Shown piece by piece: positions 13,336 through 26,683 of a stretch of 64,000 bases of DNA. Position 1 is the first letter of the stretch; every line of letters starts with the position of its first letter. This DNA is from Octopus sinensis. Lineage: Eukaryota. The stretch is taken from positions 204,414,001 to 204,478,000 of the forward strand of contig NC_042997.1 in assembly GCF_006345805.1 (NCBI RefSeq). The letters are read 5' to 3'. Both the position numbers and the translations under genes were made by a program. The notes under the pieces are model-generated. The model saw only the letters and a program-made list of their open reading frames with translations, was not told where the DNA came from and ran no database searches.

Positions 13336-14354
13336 GACTGTCTTTCTTCCAGTGGTACAGGCATATGTTTTCAGTGATATTGGTTTTTTGCTAATTTTAA
13401 CCACTAAACTACACAAGGAAATACAACCCAATAAAAACCCAATTAGAGTACTGGTCTTTGAGTATGCACTCATGATTTTCGTCAGAAGTCAAATATACTG
13501 ATCTTCTCCATTCCACTTGACAAATTTCTTTGGTCAATATTGAACTAATCCTCCCAACTTCACAAGCTATGTCTGACTTCACCTGAATAGCATGCCATGA
13601 AATTGAATCACTTAAAATCTGTATTAAGATTTAAATTATCTCTAAATATTCTGGATTAATTTTGTCTATATTTAGATATTAGTCTTCTGTTATAATTCAG
13701 CTCATATTTGGTACCAGCTTATGGCTGGTACTTTATTTTATTGACCTTGGATGAAGGTAAAAGTTAATTTTGGAAGGATTTTTGACTCAGGATTTAATGG
13801 TCATTGAGGTGTGAAGATCAATTGATATAATAAAGCAGAAAGGTATCACAGAGTAGGAATTCTTTCCAGAATTAAATTCAAAGAAAACCAGTTGAAAAAA
13901 TGAGAAAACTTGTCCAATAGTAAGTCTAAAATATCTACCTTCTTAAAATCTCTAATATAAATACACGTTGCACACACACACACACACGGATATAATAAAA
14001 GAATATGAAGAATGGAGATACTGTTAAAACTATGCTATGCATATTTCCACCATGTTATTTATTTGCTCATTAAATTACATGATTACATAAACAGATCATT
14101 TCATCAGGTATTTTGACAAGTAAGACCGATTTACATGATTTGCGTAACATCTCCACTCTATTCATATGCTTTTGTTATATTGTACACTGTGTTAAATGTT
14201 TGTTGCTACATATACAGGAGTTACAGAGTAGATATTATTATTGCATTTCTTATTCTATTGACTTGTGAATATAACCAATATTCCTCCAAGTACACGCTGG
14301 AGTGTTACTGAATAAATTGCCAGGAGTGTTCAGATCCCCACTATTATATACATA

Positions 14355-14397
<43 letters not shown>

Positions 14398-14602
14398 GAT
14401 AAAAATCATGTTAATGATTTTTATCAGGTAGTCCACAGGCTATAAAAATTTATAGGTAATTTATACATTAAATTAATCACAATATACATATGTATATAAT
14501 TATACTAAGGGAACAAGGGCAAAAACAGCCTATCTCCAAATCTGGAGTTTTTGGTAGCTTTTTGAAGGTCTTAGCACTTCAGCCATGTATATATTTGTCA
14601 TC

Positions 14603-14657
<55 letters not shown>

Positions 14658-15577
14658 AACATTAATAATAGTAAAGAATATGGAGATTTTGTACATCCAC
14701 AAAATTCATCTTATAGTTATGTACTAATTGTTATGCTTAGCTGTCAACTGGAACTCAACCGAGAGCTAACATGTTATCCACCTGGGTAACACATCCGTCA
14801 ATAAAAACTCACTTTTATACACACACACACACACACATTCATACATACATACATACATATCTATATATATTTAAATATATATATGTATGTGTGTGTGTGC
14901 ATATGTATATATATATATATACATATATGTATATGTTATGTTATGCTTTTGTTATATTATATTATATCAAATTATGCATCCACATACATACAATGTTATT
15001 AACTGCTTCCTCAGAGTGTTATATGAAGTTTAATTAATTAATATTCACGACTAAATGTAAGGAATGAGACCTGAAAACAATGTTTGGAACACATTTGAAA
15101 TAGTAAAGCTACAGAAGAATAGATGAAATGGAAAAGTATAGAATCAACAGTGACTGGAATGGAAATAATCATTTGGGATTAGATGAGTGCTGAAAGAGGA
15201 AAGCATGAAATCTGAAAGAAGGAAAAATGGCTCAGAAAGAATTCAATTTAGTCTCAAAAGAAATTCTGAAATCTTAGGTGAGAAAAAATATAAGAAATAC
15301 AATAGATAACAAAGAAAAACGAAAGCCTTTGAAGATCTTATTACAAGTAAAACATTGAGGAATGTAATGAGATAAGTTTGTTAGAAGAGAAAAAATCTTT
15401 TGAAATGTGTAAAAATAGGATTTTGGATTAAAATAGATTAGGATTACATTTTGTTGTATTTTGGTTACAATGAATTATTAAGATGCTGTAAATGATATCT
15501 TGTTATAATTATGTCATTAGAAATGACATAATTTCTGTTTGCAGACATTTGGTGATGTGTCTAGACAAGAAATCAAC

Positions 15578-15655
<78 letters not shown>

Positions 15656-15737
15656 GTATATATGTATATATTTATATGTATATATATATATTTATATGTA
15701 TATATATATATTTATATGTATATATATATATTATATG

Positions 15738-15768
<31 letters not shown>

Positions 15769-17204
15769 ATATATATATATGTGTGTGTATATATATATAT
15801 ATAGTTAATCGAAACATGAACAAGAGAGAAAACACAACAATGTGAGGACATGGAACAAGTATAGTGTTATTGGACGCTCAGGAATATATATCTGTGCGTG
15901 TGCACTCACTCTCTCTCTCTCTCACACACAATATATATATACTTACATATCTATATATTGATATATGTGTTTATGTATGCGTGTGTGTGTGTATATATAT
16001 ACACATACACACACACATATATATCTACATATGTATCAATTTATGTATGACAAAAGAACAGGGATTATGTAATTAATTAGCTTAAAGCTGTGCAATATTT
16101 TATAGCATCCTCAAAAGCTATTGTAAAAACTGGAAGACATGGTGCCTAACAGTCAACAATGATGTCAAGCTGATATAAATCTTTGGATTTTCCGAGAGGT
16201 AAGCAAATAAGGAGCTGGTAAAAAGGTACTCCACCAACAAAGAAATTGTCTTGGTTTTCATTCCAATATGCCAAAATTTCACAGAAAGACTAAATTCCTG
16301 TATAAATTAGAATAATATAAGGGAAGGGTGTTTATGTTCCTTCAGAGTTGTAGACTATGTAAGCAGTGAACGCTGCACATAATGACATATGTGATGGCAG
16401 TGGGTGGGATATAGTTTGGTGTTGGGTGTTGTTTGTGGAGAGAGGAGAGCAAGAGAAACTGAGGTGTTGATAAAAATATTCATGTAAAAAAAAAGGTTCA
16501 TGTGATACACAAACACACACACAGATGTGTGTGCATCCATGCATCCATGTGTAATCCAGTGATTTGTATATATCTGGGTATCAGTGAGTATATAAGTGAT
16601 AGATGAATATCCAAGTATATAGAAATGGGAAAGTGTAAGCTATGTGTGTGAGGAGGTGACTAAAACGAATCGTATTAAGAAGGACTTCAAGCTGTAAACA
16701 CTGAATGCCCTTCCAATCCATGTCAGTATGGGATATTGGATATAAAAGCATTGAAGATACTACTATGTGTGTATATATATATATCATCATCATCATTTAG
16801 CATTCGCTTTCCATGCTAGCATGGGTTGGACGGTTCAACTGGGGTCTGTGAAGCCAGAAGGCTGCATCAGGCCCAGTCTGATCTGGCAGTGTTTCTACAG
16901 CTGAATGCCCTTCCTAACGCCAACCACTCCGTGAGCGTAGTGGGTGCTTTTTACATGCCACCCGCACAGGTGCCAGACGGAGCTATATATATATATATAT
17001 ATATGTATGATAAATGAGTAAATATTCGAATGAATATTCATATAGATATTGTTGTTATTATTATCATTAGCAGTAAATATATAAATAATTAATAATAATA
17101 ATAATAATATTAGTGGCCAGCATATATAATATAACAGCATTTATATACATATATATGTATCTACACACTCACACATTTATATATATCAACATACACACGT
17201 ATAT

Positions 17205-17675
17205 GTATATATGAGACATACTTATCTACATAGCCGAAACAGCTGTAAGATGTAATCTATACTTGTGTTTATGTTTGCTTATATTTATATTCTCTTTTAT
17301 ATATATTCTACTTATTATACAACATTACTCTTTTATGTACACTTTTTTATGTATATTCCTTTATGTACACTGATTTGTTCTGCTTTTTATATTTAACCCT
17401 ACAGTCTCTTATGTGGTGGTTTAATGAAGTATGTGATTGAGTATTATCTGGTAATTGATATTTGATTTAGATGTATTTCTCCATTTTCTTATCTTGTATT
17501 AGTAATTTGTGGTAAATCATTTTACCTTTGCCCATATAATACAGTAAATGAATTGATTGCATCGCAATCATTAACATTTATGTATTAACTTTGTTGGGTA
17601 CTTCACTAGCAGTATATTGGATATATGTTATCCCATGGAGGGTTGCATTTACAACCCCTATCTCAATTTGTATAT
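17205..17675 (+). mobile_element. TA-embedded repeat with the 3' half of a hammerhead; second copy at 12447-12620
   Basis: CGAAAC-AGCT-GTA-AGA near 17235-17250. 17506-17675 closely matches 12447-12620, and 11892-11925 is an inverted copy of 17469-17501. Confidence 0.65.
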
Positions 17676-17723
17676 ATATATATATATAACTACACACATA
17701 TATCTATATATATCTACACACAC

Positions 17724-17759
<36 letters not shown>

Positions 17760-17925
17760 ATTTGAAAACCCCACTAGAATGGGAGAAAGCGCTAATGATC
17801 TGAATGATATGATATATATGTAAAAAATGTAATATACAAATACATATCTGTAAATATGAACCATCCGATCTTCTGATTACCTCATTTCTTCTAATATATA
17901 ATACCTGTACATCATCTCCAAACCT

Positions 17926-17986
<61 letters not shown>

Positions 17987-18674
17987 CAGATAGGGAGGAT
18001 GCCATGTAAAAGTATCCATGCAGTACCACATAAGAGTGCCCATGCAGTACCACATAAAAGCACCCAGTACACTCTGTAAAGTGGTTGGTATTAGGAAGGA
18101 CTTCCAGTTGTAGAAACCATGCCAAATCAAACATGGAGTCTGGGGCAGCTCCCCAGTTTGCCAGCTCTGGTCAAATCATCCAACCCATGCCAGCATGGAA
18201 CATGGACGTTAAATAATGATGAAGATGATGATGATAAATATTCATGCATACATATATGTATATGCATATATGTACATATGTATATATATATATATTTGTA
18301 TATTTATATCTGTCTACATCATCATCATTTAACATCCATGTTCCATGCTGGCACACACACACACATATGATTTCTAGCATCCCTATGACAACATTATAAG
18401 TTGAAGGCCAAACCAAGTAATACACACACACACAACACACACACACACATATATATCCTGAAGCTAAAGAAAATTACTCAAAAGAACCAGTGACATGAAT
18501 TTGTATAACAAATGTAAGCAAATATGTAACGGTGATTGTTAGTTCATTCTGAATGAGAAGTGGAGAAGGAGAATGCTACATTGGTGACAAATACTATGCC
18601 AACCAAGACAAGGTGTTCACAGCTGCCTTTTATACATACAGAAACCAGGCTGTTGTTTTTCTCTTCATATTTAA

Positions 18675-18896
18675 CCCTTTCATTACTGTATTTATTTTGA
18701 GATGGTCTGTGTTTCTTTCAATTACTTTTAAATATAACAAAGAATTTAGTAAAATTACTTAGTTATTACTAAGCTAGTGTTAGGAACATAAATTGTGGCT
18801 AAGGTTTGGTGGAAGATTTTAATTCAAAACTTATGAAAACAAGACATTTGTACTAAAGAGCCAGAGCCGGTTTCAGCCGGGTTGGTAACGAAAGGG
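18675..18896. mobile_element. piggyBac-type MITE
   Basis: TTAA|CCCTTTCATTAC...GTAACGAAAGGG|TTAA. Confidence 0.85.
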
Positions 18897-19101
18897 TTAA
18901 TTCATAAAGGGACATTTTCATTTTCTTGAAACCATCACCATTTCTTATTCAGAGTCATTAACAATAACTGCTAGGTTTTTGTTCACCTTTGTCCACAAAG
19001 GAAATTTCTATAATTTAAAAATTTATATGTATAGCATTCAGTTTCACAATTCATATATATATATATGTGTGTGTGTGTGCGTGTGCGTGTATATATATAT
19101 A

Positions 19102-19158
<57 letters not shown>

Positions 19159-19831
19159 GACACACACATATATGTGTGTGTATGTATAAATAAATATATA
19201 TAGGTGTGTATGTATATATATATATATATATCCATATATATCATATATATGCATATATATATGTGTGTGTGTGTGTATGTATGTATGTACATGTGTATAT
19301 GTATATATATATGATCATATCCTTATAATATGACAGACAAAAATTAGTCAAAGAACTCAATACACATTATACAAAATATAAATACAATTTCCTGTGTAGA
19401 TGTATGAAAATCCTTACAGTGTGTCCACTGTTCTGTATAAACTTCTCTACTTGTCAAATGATATCATTTTTGTGAATAACAAAATAGAAAGAACTCTGGA
19501 AGTCTGTTAGATGCCTTAACCATTTACTGACATTTTCTTTCAAAAATATTACACAGTTAGGTCAGTAAGAACAAACTGAACAAAACAACAGCTGCCAAGC
19601 CAATATGTGAAGTATGAGCTTAATGCACAGCTTAACATATCTTTTACTTAAGTGTTATTAATAATTCATTCCTATCACTTAGCAAATAGAATTTATTGTA
19701 AGAATAGTTATTCACAAAACTAATTTTCATTTGACCAGTAGGAAAGTTCATATGGGAAAGGGATCTATGGAGATTCTTTGGTAAGGGAATGAATAAGTAT
19801 GCAGACTCTTAACATATACATATACATACAC

Positions 19832-19918
<87 letters not shown>

Positions 19919-20022
19919 GTATGTATATATATATATATATGTGTGTGTGTGTATATATATATATGTATGTAAGTATATATGTAAGTATGAATATATATAT
20001 ATATGTATATACATACACACGT

Positions 20023-20055
<33 letters not shown>

Positions 20056-20862
20056 CATACACACGTATATATATATATATATATACATACACATGTATAT
20101 ATATATATATGAACATATATATAAACATATATGCATAAATATGTATAATATATATAATCATATAATACATATAATGTATATATATGTTATATATATGTGT
20201 ATGTGTATATATAAGTGTGAATGTGTGTCTGTGCATGTGTGTGTTTGTTTACAGTCAGGATTGTATCATCTATTGACTTGAATAAAGAATATTTCTAACA
20301 AACAAATCATCATTAAAGAAAAACGCAATTACAACATGTAACAACAACAGACATGATAAGATCTTCAAAGGAAAGAAAGACAGAAAGGGGAAGCAGCAAG
20401 TGTAAAGACATCTGGTAGTAAATGGTTGGGAAATTTCCGGATAAACTAGCAGTGGAAGATTGGTGCTTTTTAAAGTGCAGAATGGCATACAATATTGTGC
20501 ACGGTCCAGTGATCCATGCAGTGAACAAGCTGTTAGTTTTTATGGAAGGTTAAACTTTCTATATCTAAGTGTAATCTGAATCCTATTTTTGAAATGTCCC
20601 TTTATTTGCACTAGAAATACACTAGAGAATCAGTCTGGAAGAAAAGAAATAAATAGCAAGGGTCTCTGTTTTAGGGACAAGTCTGCCATTGACCCTGTAC
20701 TTAATTTTATCACCTCTGGGGGAATGAGAGGCAAAGTGACTTTGAAATCAGAAAGTAAAGAGCCAGAAAAAAATACTGCATAGAATTTTGTCTGATGCTT
20801 AAAGCAATTCTGCCAGCTCACAAATAATAATAATAATACAATAATAATAATAATAATAATAA

Positions 20863-21141
20863 TGATATGAAAACCATAATGGCTGTGCCTGTAAGAATTG
20901 GTGCATTGGGAACTGCAAGTAAAGATATAGACAAATGGTTGAAGGAGATTGGAATAGAATGTCCTGTAGATCTTCTACAGAAAGTTTGCCTCTGAGGGAC
21001 AGGAAAGATTATCAAGAAGTTTTTAAGCACTTGAAAGACTATTGAAAGATTGTGGATATCTAGGATTACAGGTAGTAACACCCATTACCCACATCAGTTC
21101 TACCAGGAATAAGAAGAAACCTGAGTCAAATCATCAAAAGT
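20863..21141 (+). mobile_element. R4/Dong-type (restriction-like endonuclease) LINE 3' end inserted in (TAA)n
   Basis: VPVRIGALGTASKDIDKWLKEIGIECPVDLLQKVCL*GTGKIIKKFLS; (AAT)n arrays on both sides. Confidence 0.8.
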
Positions 21142-21392
21142 AATAATAATAATAATAATAATAATAATAGCAATGGTCTCAAATTTTGTCACAAGGGCAG
21201 CAATTTTGGGGGAGGGGATGAGTCGATTACATTGCCCACAGTATTCAACTGGTACTTATTTTATTGCTCCCTCCCCACCGGATGATGAAAGGTAAGGTCG
21301 ACCTTGGCGAATTTGAACTCAGAATGTAGCGACAGGTGAAATACTGCCAAGCATTTCATCCAGCGTGCTAACGATTCTGCCAGTTTGTTGCC

Positions 21393-21424
<32 letters not shown>

Positions 21425-21552
21425 CCTTTCAACTATAGTCACAAGGCCTGGAATTTGTAGGGAAGGGTACAGTTGATCACATCAACCTAGTACTTGACCG
21501 ATACCTACTTTATTGACCTCGAAAGGACGAAAGGCAAAGTGAACCTCAGCGG

Positions 21553-21585
<33 letters not shown>

Positions 21586-21742
21586 CAGAAGAAGAAGAAG
21601 AAGAAGAAGAAGAAGAAGAAGAAGAAGAAGAATTAGAAGAAGAAGAAGAAGAAGAAGAAGAAGAAGAAGAAGAAGAAGAAGAAGAAGAAGAAGAAGAAGA
21701 AGAAGAAGATGAAGAAGAAGAAGAAGAAGAAGAAGAAGAAGA
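21553..21742. repeat. (AAT)n followed by a long (GAA)n microsatellite
   Basis: About 50 GAA units with two interruptions. Confidence 0.95.
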
Positions 21743-23054
21743 ATCGTTTCCTGAGTCTGACAATTTTGAATGAAGTGGCTAAATTGATACCATCAACACC
21801 AAGATTTGACTGGTATTTAAGTTTATCTACTCCGAAAGGATGAAAGACAAAGTTGACCTCATCAGTATTTGAATTCAGAATGTAAAGAGCCAGAAAGAAA
21901 TATCACAATACATTCTTGTTGCAGTACTCTAGAAATCCTGCCAATATAAACAAACCAGAAACAAGAATTTTAATGAAGTCTTGAGAAGAGAAATACATAT
22001 TTATCAACTGTATGGGAAGAAGATTGTTCCCCAACCACATGGTTCTGGGTCCAGTCTCACTGTGTGGAAGGAACATTCTACTATAGCCTCGGGCCAACCA
22101 AAACCTTATGAGTGGATTTGGTAGTCAGAAAACTGAAAGAAACCCATTGCCGTCATCATCATCATCATTGTTTAACATCCGCTTTCCATGCTGGCATGGG
22201 TTGGACGGTTTGACTGAGGACTGGTGAGCCAGAGGCTGCACCAGGCTCAATCTTATCTGGTAAAGTTTCTACAACTGGATGTCCTTCCTAACACCAACCA
22301 TTCTGAGAGTGTAGTGGTTGCTTTTACGTGCCACTGGCACGAGGGCCAGTCAGGTGGTTCGGGCAACGACCATGCTCAAAAGGAGTTTTTTACATGCTAC
22401 CTGCATGGGAGCCAGTCTGGCAGCACTGGCAATGACCACGCTTGAATGTTGCTTTTCATGTGCCACCAGCATGGGAGTCAATCTGTGGCCCTGGCAACAG
22501 TCATGCTCGGATGTGCTTTTAACGTTCCACTGGCACGAGTGCCAACCAGGCAGTACTGTCATTGGCCACGTCAGCGATTTTGATTGAGTATATACATATA
22601 CATATGTGTGTGTGTGTGCATCTTTGAGTGTACATTCCCACCCCCCACAACCACTGCTTGACAATCGGTGTTGATATGTTTATGTCTCCGTAACTTAGTG
22701 GTTTTGGCAAAAGCAACCGATACAATAAATACCAGGCCTAAAAAGGAAAAAGTACTAGGGTTGATTTATTCAACTAAAAATTCTTGAAAGGTAGTGCCCC
22801 AGCATGGCCATAGTCTAATGACTAAATCAAGTAAAAGTTAAAAGATATTTAGATTATCAGACTAATCAGTTTATTATTTGCATGAATCCTTAGATGAGGA
22901 AAGAAAGAAAAAAAAGAAGCTGATCTATCAATAAGTAATAATTGGAGAAGACTTGTTCAACCTTTTTCATTTATGGAAAAACAGACCTTAAATGACAATG
23001 ATGATGATGATGATGATATGTATTTAATTAGATTGCAATGTATTTATCAAGAGA

Positions 23055-23495
23055 TAGTGGTGAGCTGGCAGAAACGTTAGCATGCCAAGCAAAATGCTTA
23101 GCGGTATTTCGTATGTTTTTATGTCCTGAGTTCAAATTCCACTGAGGTCGACTTTGCCTTTCATCCTTTCTGGGTTGATAAATTAAGTACCAGTTGTGTA
23201 CTGGAGTTGATCTAATTGACTGGCACCCCCTGCCAAAATATTTCAGGTCTTGTGCCTTGAGTAGAAAAGAATATATTTATCAAGAGACGGGTGGTGAACT
23301 GGCAAAATCGTTGGGCAAAATGCTTAGCAGAATTTTGTCTGTCTTTACATTCTGAGTTCAAATCCCACTGAGTTCAACTTTGCCTTTTATCCTTTTGGCA
23401 TTGATGAAATAAGTATCATTTTAGCACTGGGGGAGATGAAATTAACTTACCCTTCCCCTGAAATTTCTGGCCCTGTGCCTAAATTTGAAACTATT
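23055..23495 (+). mobile_element. Two tandem copies of SINE family C (gagctggcagaa...ttcaaattcc...ctttcatcctttc...gataaattaagtaccag)
   Basis: The same conserved core recurs at about 21170-21395(-), 21425-21550(-), 31285-31505(-), 46385-46602(+), 51705-52145(+, tandem), 54510-54742(+) and 62720-63065(+). Confidence 0.85.
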
Positions 23496-24542
23496 AAATT
23501 TATCAAGAGAGGTTTGATATTGTCACATCAATGGTAAGATAACACGAGAAAGGAAAATAAGATGATTGCCTTATTGTGGCTGTCTACGTCTGGCCTTTCT
23601 AGTGTAGTGTTAGCTGTTTTGTAAGCATTGGGTATATTGTAGTCCTACCTGTAACCAGGGCCGGCTCAAGGTACCAGCAACTTGGGCAGTTGCCCGGGTC
23701 ACCATGAATTTGAAAAAATTATACTTGTAAAGAAGCCTGTAACACATGCACACATGTGTATACATATACCCAAATTTGAGGCTGAAACAAACCTTTTATG
23801 TCTAAATCTATATGTACTCTTACTTTTTGTCTTGTTAATAAATTCAGATGTATATACATATATGCATACACACACACATATAAACACATACATATATGCA
23901 TACATATATACATACATACACACACACATGCAACTACACACACATACATATACACAGTTGAGACATTCCTTTTATAAATGTATGTATATCCATATATATA
24001 CATGCATACATATACATACTCACACATATAAATGAATATATACATCTACATTTATCTCTCTATGTATATCTGTATTTTTTCCAACCACTTTTTCTCAATC
24101 TGTTATTTTTTATGAAAAACTCGTATCCAACGCATCAAAACTCCTTCCCTTCCTTTTAAGGGATAAACTAATACAAAATTTGTTAAAAATAGTATTTTCC
24201 ATGTGGTCCTATTATGTCTGCACATTTACAGGCACACACACGTATATTTGTTTGAAACTGATGATTCAGTTTATCCATTTTTCTCAGATGTCTGCTCTCA
24301 TCTGCCCCAACAAACACAGGAGATTACAATTGTTGAAAATACACAGAAATCAAACAAAAATCTTCATCTAGTGAACCTTTCTAGGACTGACCCATCCCAG
24401 TCCCACCACCCATCATCCTTACAATGCTGGTCAATGAAGGATTTTGCTGAACTCCTAACCTATTAATAAATAATTGTTAACTTCTTTATCTCCATTTTCT
24501 TTTCTTCTATTAATCATATATATATATATATATATAAATATA

Positions 24543-24820
24543 ATAAAATATTATTTGAGACAAAACCACTATTTTGCAAAACAAACAAGGAAAGACTTAA
24601 TCAATACATAAAATTTAATAAATAGTCAAAGATTGTAGTGGCGGTTTCTTTGACTATTTATTAAATTTATGTATTGATTAAGTCTTTCCTTGTTTGTTTT
24701 GCAAAATAGTGGTTTTGTCTCAAATAATATTTTATAATATTTTACTATAAAATTGGATTTAATCCTAAATCTGATTTTTTTTCCCTGTAAATTTGGATAT
24801 ATTCCCTAATATTTATTATA
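24543..24820. mobile_element. (TA)n-embedded foldback element
   Basis: Arms 24543-24632 and 24647-24735 are near-perfect reverse complements around a 14-nt loop (ttgtagtggcggtt); an unpaired tail runs to about 24820; TA arrays flank it. Confidence 0.85.
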
Positions 24821-24841
24821 TATATAAATATATATATATTT

Positions 24842-25405
24842 TTGGCATCCTTTTTGTCTCGGGAGACAATGGAGTTGCGCATAAAATTATCTCGTCTGGC
24901 TTTTACATTTCATGTCCTAATACAACTCCTGCTGTGGCTGTGTAGTCCTATCCTGGACAAACACTCCCTCTAGCAGGTGCCACAAATGTAGCAAAGACTT
25001 TGCCTGACTGGTTGTAATGTCATAGTTTCTTGAAATAAAACCCAACTGACTGCCAGACGCTGTGCAAATAAGTATTGGCAGGAAATCTGTCAAAGTATCC
25101 AGTCAGCTGCTGACAGTGGTGACACCCGTGGGATGAATGCCGGCTTGAAGAAGGCCCTCAACCAAGTCAGCCCCTCTGAAATCCGCAACCAAGTCAGCCC
25201 CTCTGAAATCAACTACTGGAGATCTCATCAAGGACCAAAGCAAGCAAATGGATAGATGGGTGGAGTACTACCAGGATCTCTACTCACGGGAGACCACAGT
25301 AGCTGAGGTTGCAATTGAGGGTGTCAAGATCTTGCCAGTCATGTGCGAACTTGACAGTCTGCCATCTATAGCAGAGCTCACCAAGGCTATTTACTCCCTA
25401 GCCAG
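24842..25405 (+). mobile_element. Internally deleted RTE LINE fragment
   Basis: SIQSAADSGDTRGM..GLKKAL...PLKSTTGDLIKDQSKQMDRWVEYYQDLYSRE...ELDSLPSIAELTKAI (APE-RT linker), with a local 27-bp tandem duplication near 25158-25210. The upstream part resembles an RTE 5' UTR. Confidence 0.75.
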
Positions 25406-26294
25406 TATACACACACACACACACACACATATATATATTGGCACAGACATGAGTGTGTGATGAAGACACTTCCTTCTCAGCCATATGATTTCAGGTTCAG
25501 TCCCACTGCTTGGCATAATAGGCAAGCATTTTCTACTATAGTCTTGGACTGACCAGAGCCTTTTGATAGTTGCTGCAGCAGAGATGTAGGTGCTATGAAG
25601 CAACTATAATTCCTTTCTAGACTTTGAGTGATGATGTATTTATTATACTGGCTTCCATTATTTCAGGATGTCAATGCACAGACAGACATCTTAAAATTAA
25701 TCACAGTGAAATGTTAATTAAAAGAATAAATTCATCATTTATAATTTCATGATTTAGTGTAGGTTCCCTGACCTACCTCCTTCTACAGTGATCTTTGCCA
25801 TTTCCTTGATTAAGAGGAGATTTGGAAATTCTAGATATAGGCTTGTATATATCATCCAGTAAAGACCTTTATATATACATGCACGCATACATACATACAC
25901 ACACATACAAAAACATACATGCATACATACATACATACACATACATACATACATACATACATACATACATACATACATACATACATACATACTCTTGTGT
26001 ATTGCATAGTTTATTCATATTATATCTAAAAGTAAATCTTTAAATTTATGTAGTAAATGAAATTCTATGAAAAGAAAGTCCCTGCATTGTTATTACTGGT
26101 CAAAAACTATTCTGGAATATTAGCATTTCAATATTATATCATATTATATATTATGAAATATTTCTGTAATTAAAAAGCAGAATTCTGCAGACAGAACTAT
26201 ATTAGAAGACAATAGATGCAGTATTCCATAAATACTTCCTTGTATATTATTTCTACCACGAAGATTCCAAGTCTTAAATCACAGGAAATATAAT

Positions 26295-26683
26295 GGAAAC
26301 ACTCCGTCGGTTACGACGATGAGGGTTCCGGTTGATCCGATCAACGGAACAGCCTGCTCGTGAAATTAACGTGTAAGTGGCTGAGCACTCCACAGACACG
26401 TGTACCCTTAACGCAGTTCTCGGGGATATTCAGCGTGACACAGAGAGTGACAAGGCCGGCCCTTTGAAATACAGGTACAACAGAAACAGGAAGTAAGAGT
26501 GAGAGAAAGTTGTGGTGAAAGAGTACAGCAGGGATCACCCCCCCCCCCTTCCCTGCCGGAGCCTCGTGGAGCTTTAGGTGTTTTCGCTCAATAAACACTC
26601 ACAACGCCCGGTCTGGGAATCGAAACCGCGATCCTATGACCACGAGTCCGCTGCCCTAACCACTGGGCCATTGCACCTCCACT
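26295..26683 (-). mobile_element. tRNA-derived SINE family B (tail type 2), 13-bp TSD
   Basis: Same head on the minus strand but a different 3' body; caggaaatataat at 26282-26294 and 26684-26696. A related older copy lies at about 58990-59310(-). Confidence 0.9.

Noticed and set aside
21482-21763. Poly-Ser and poly-Arg ORFs
   Set aside because: (GAA)n microsatellite.
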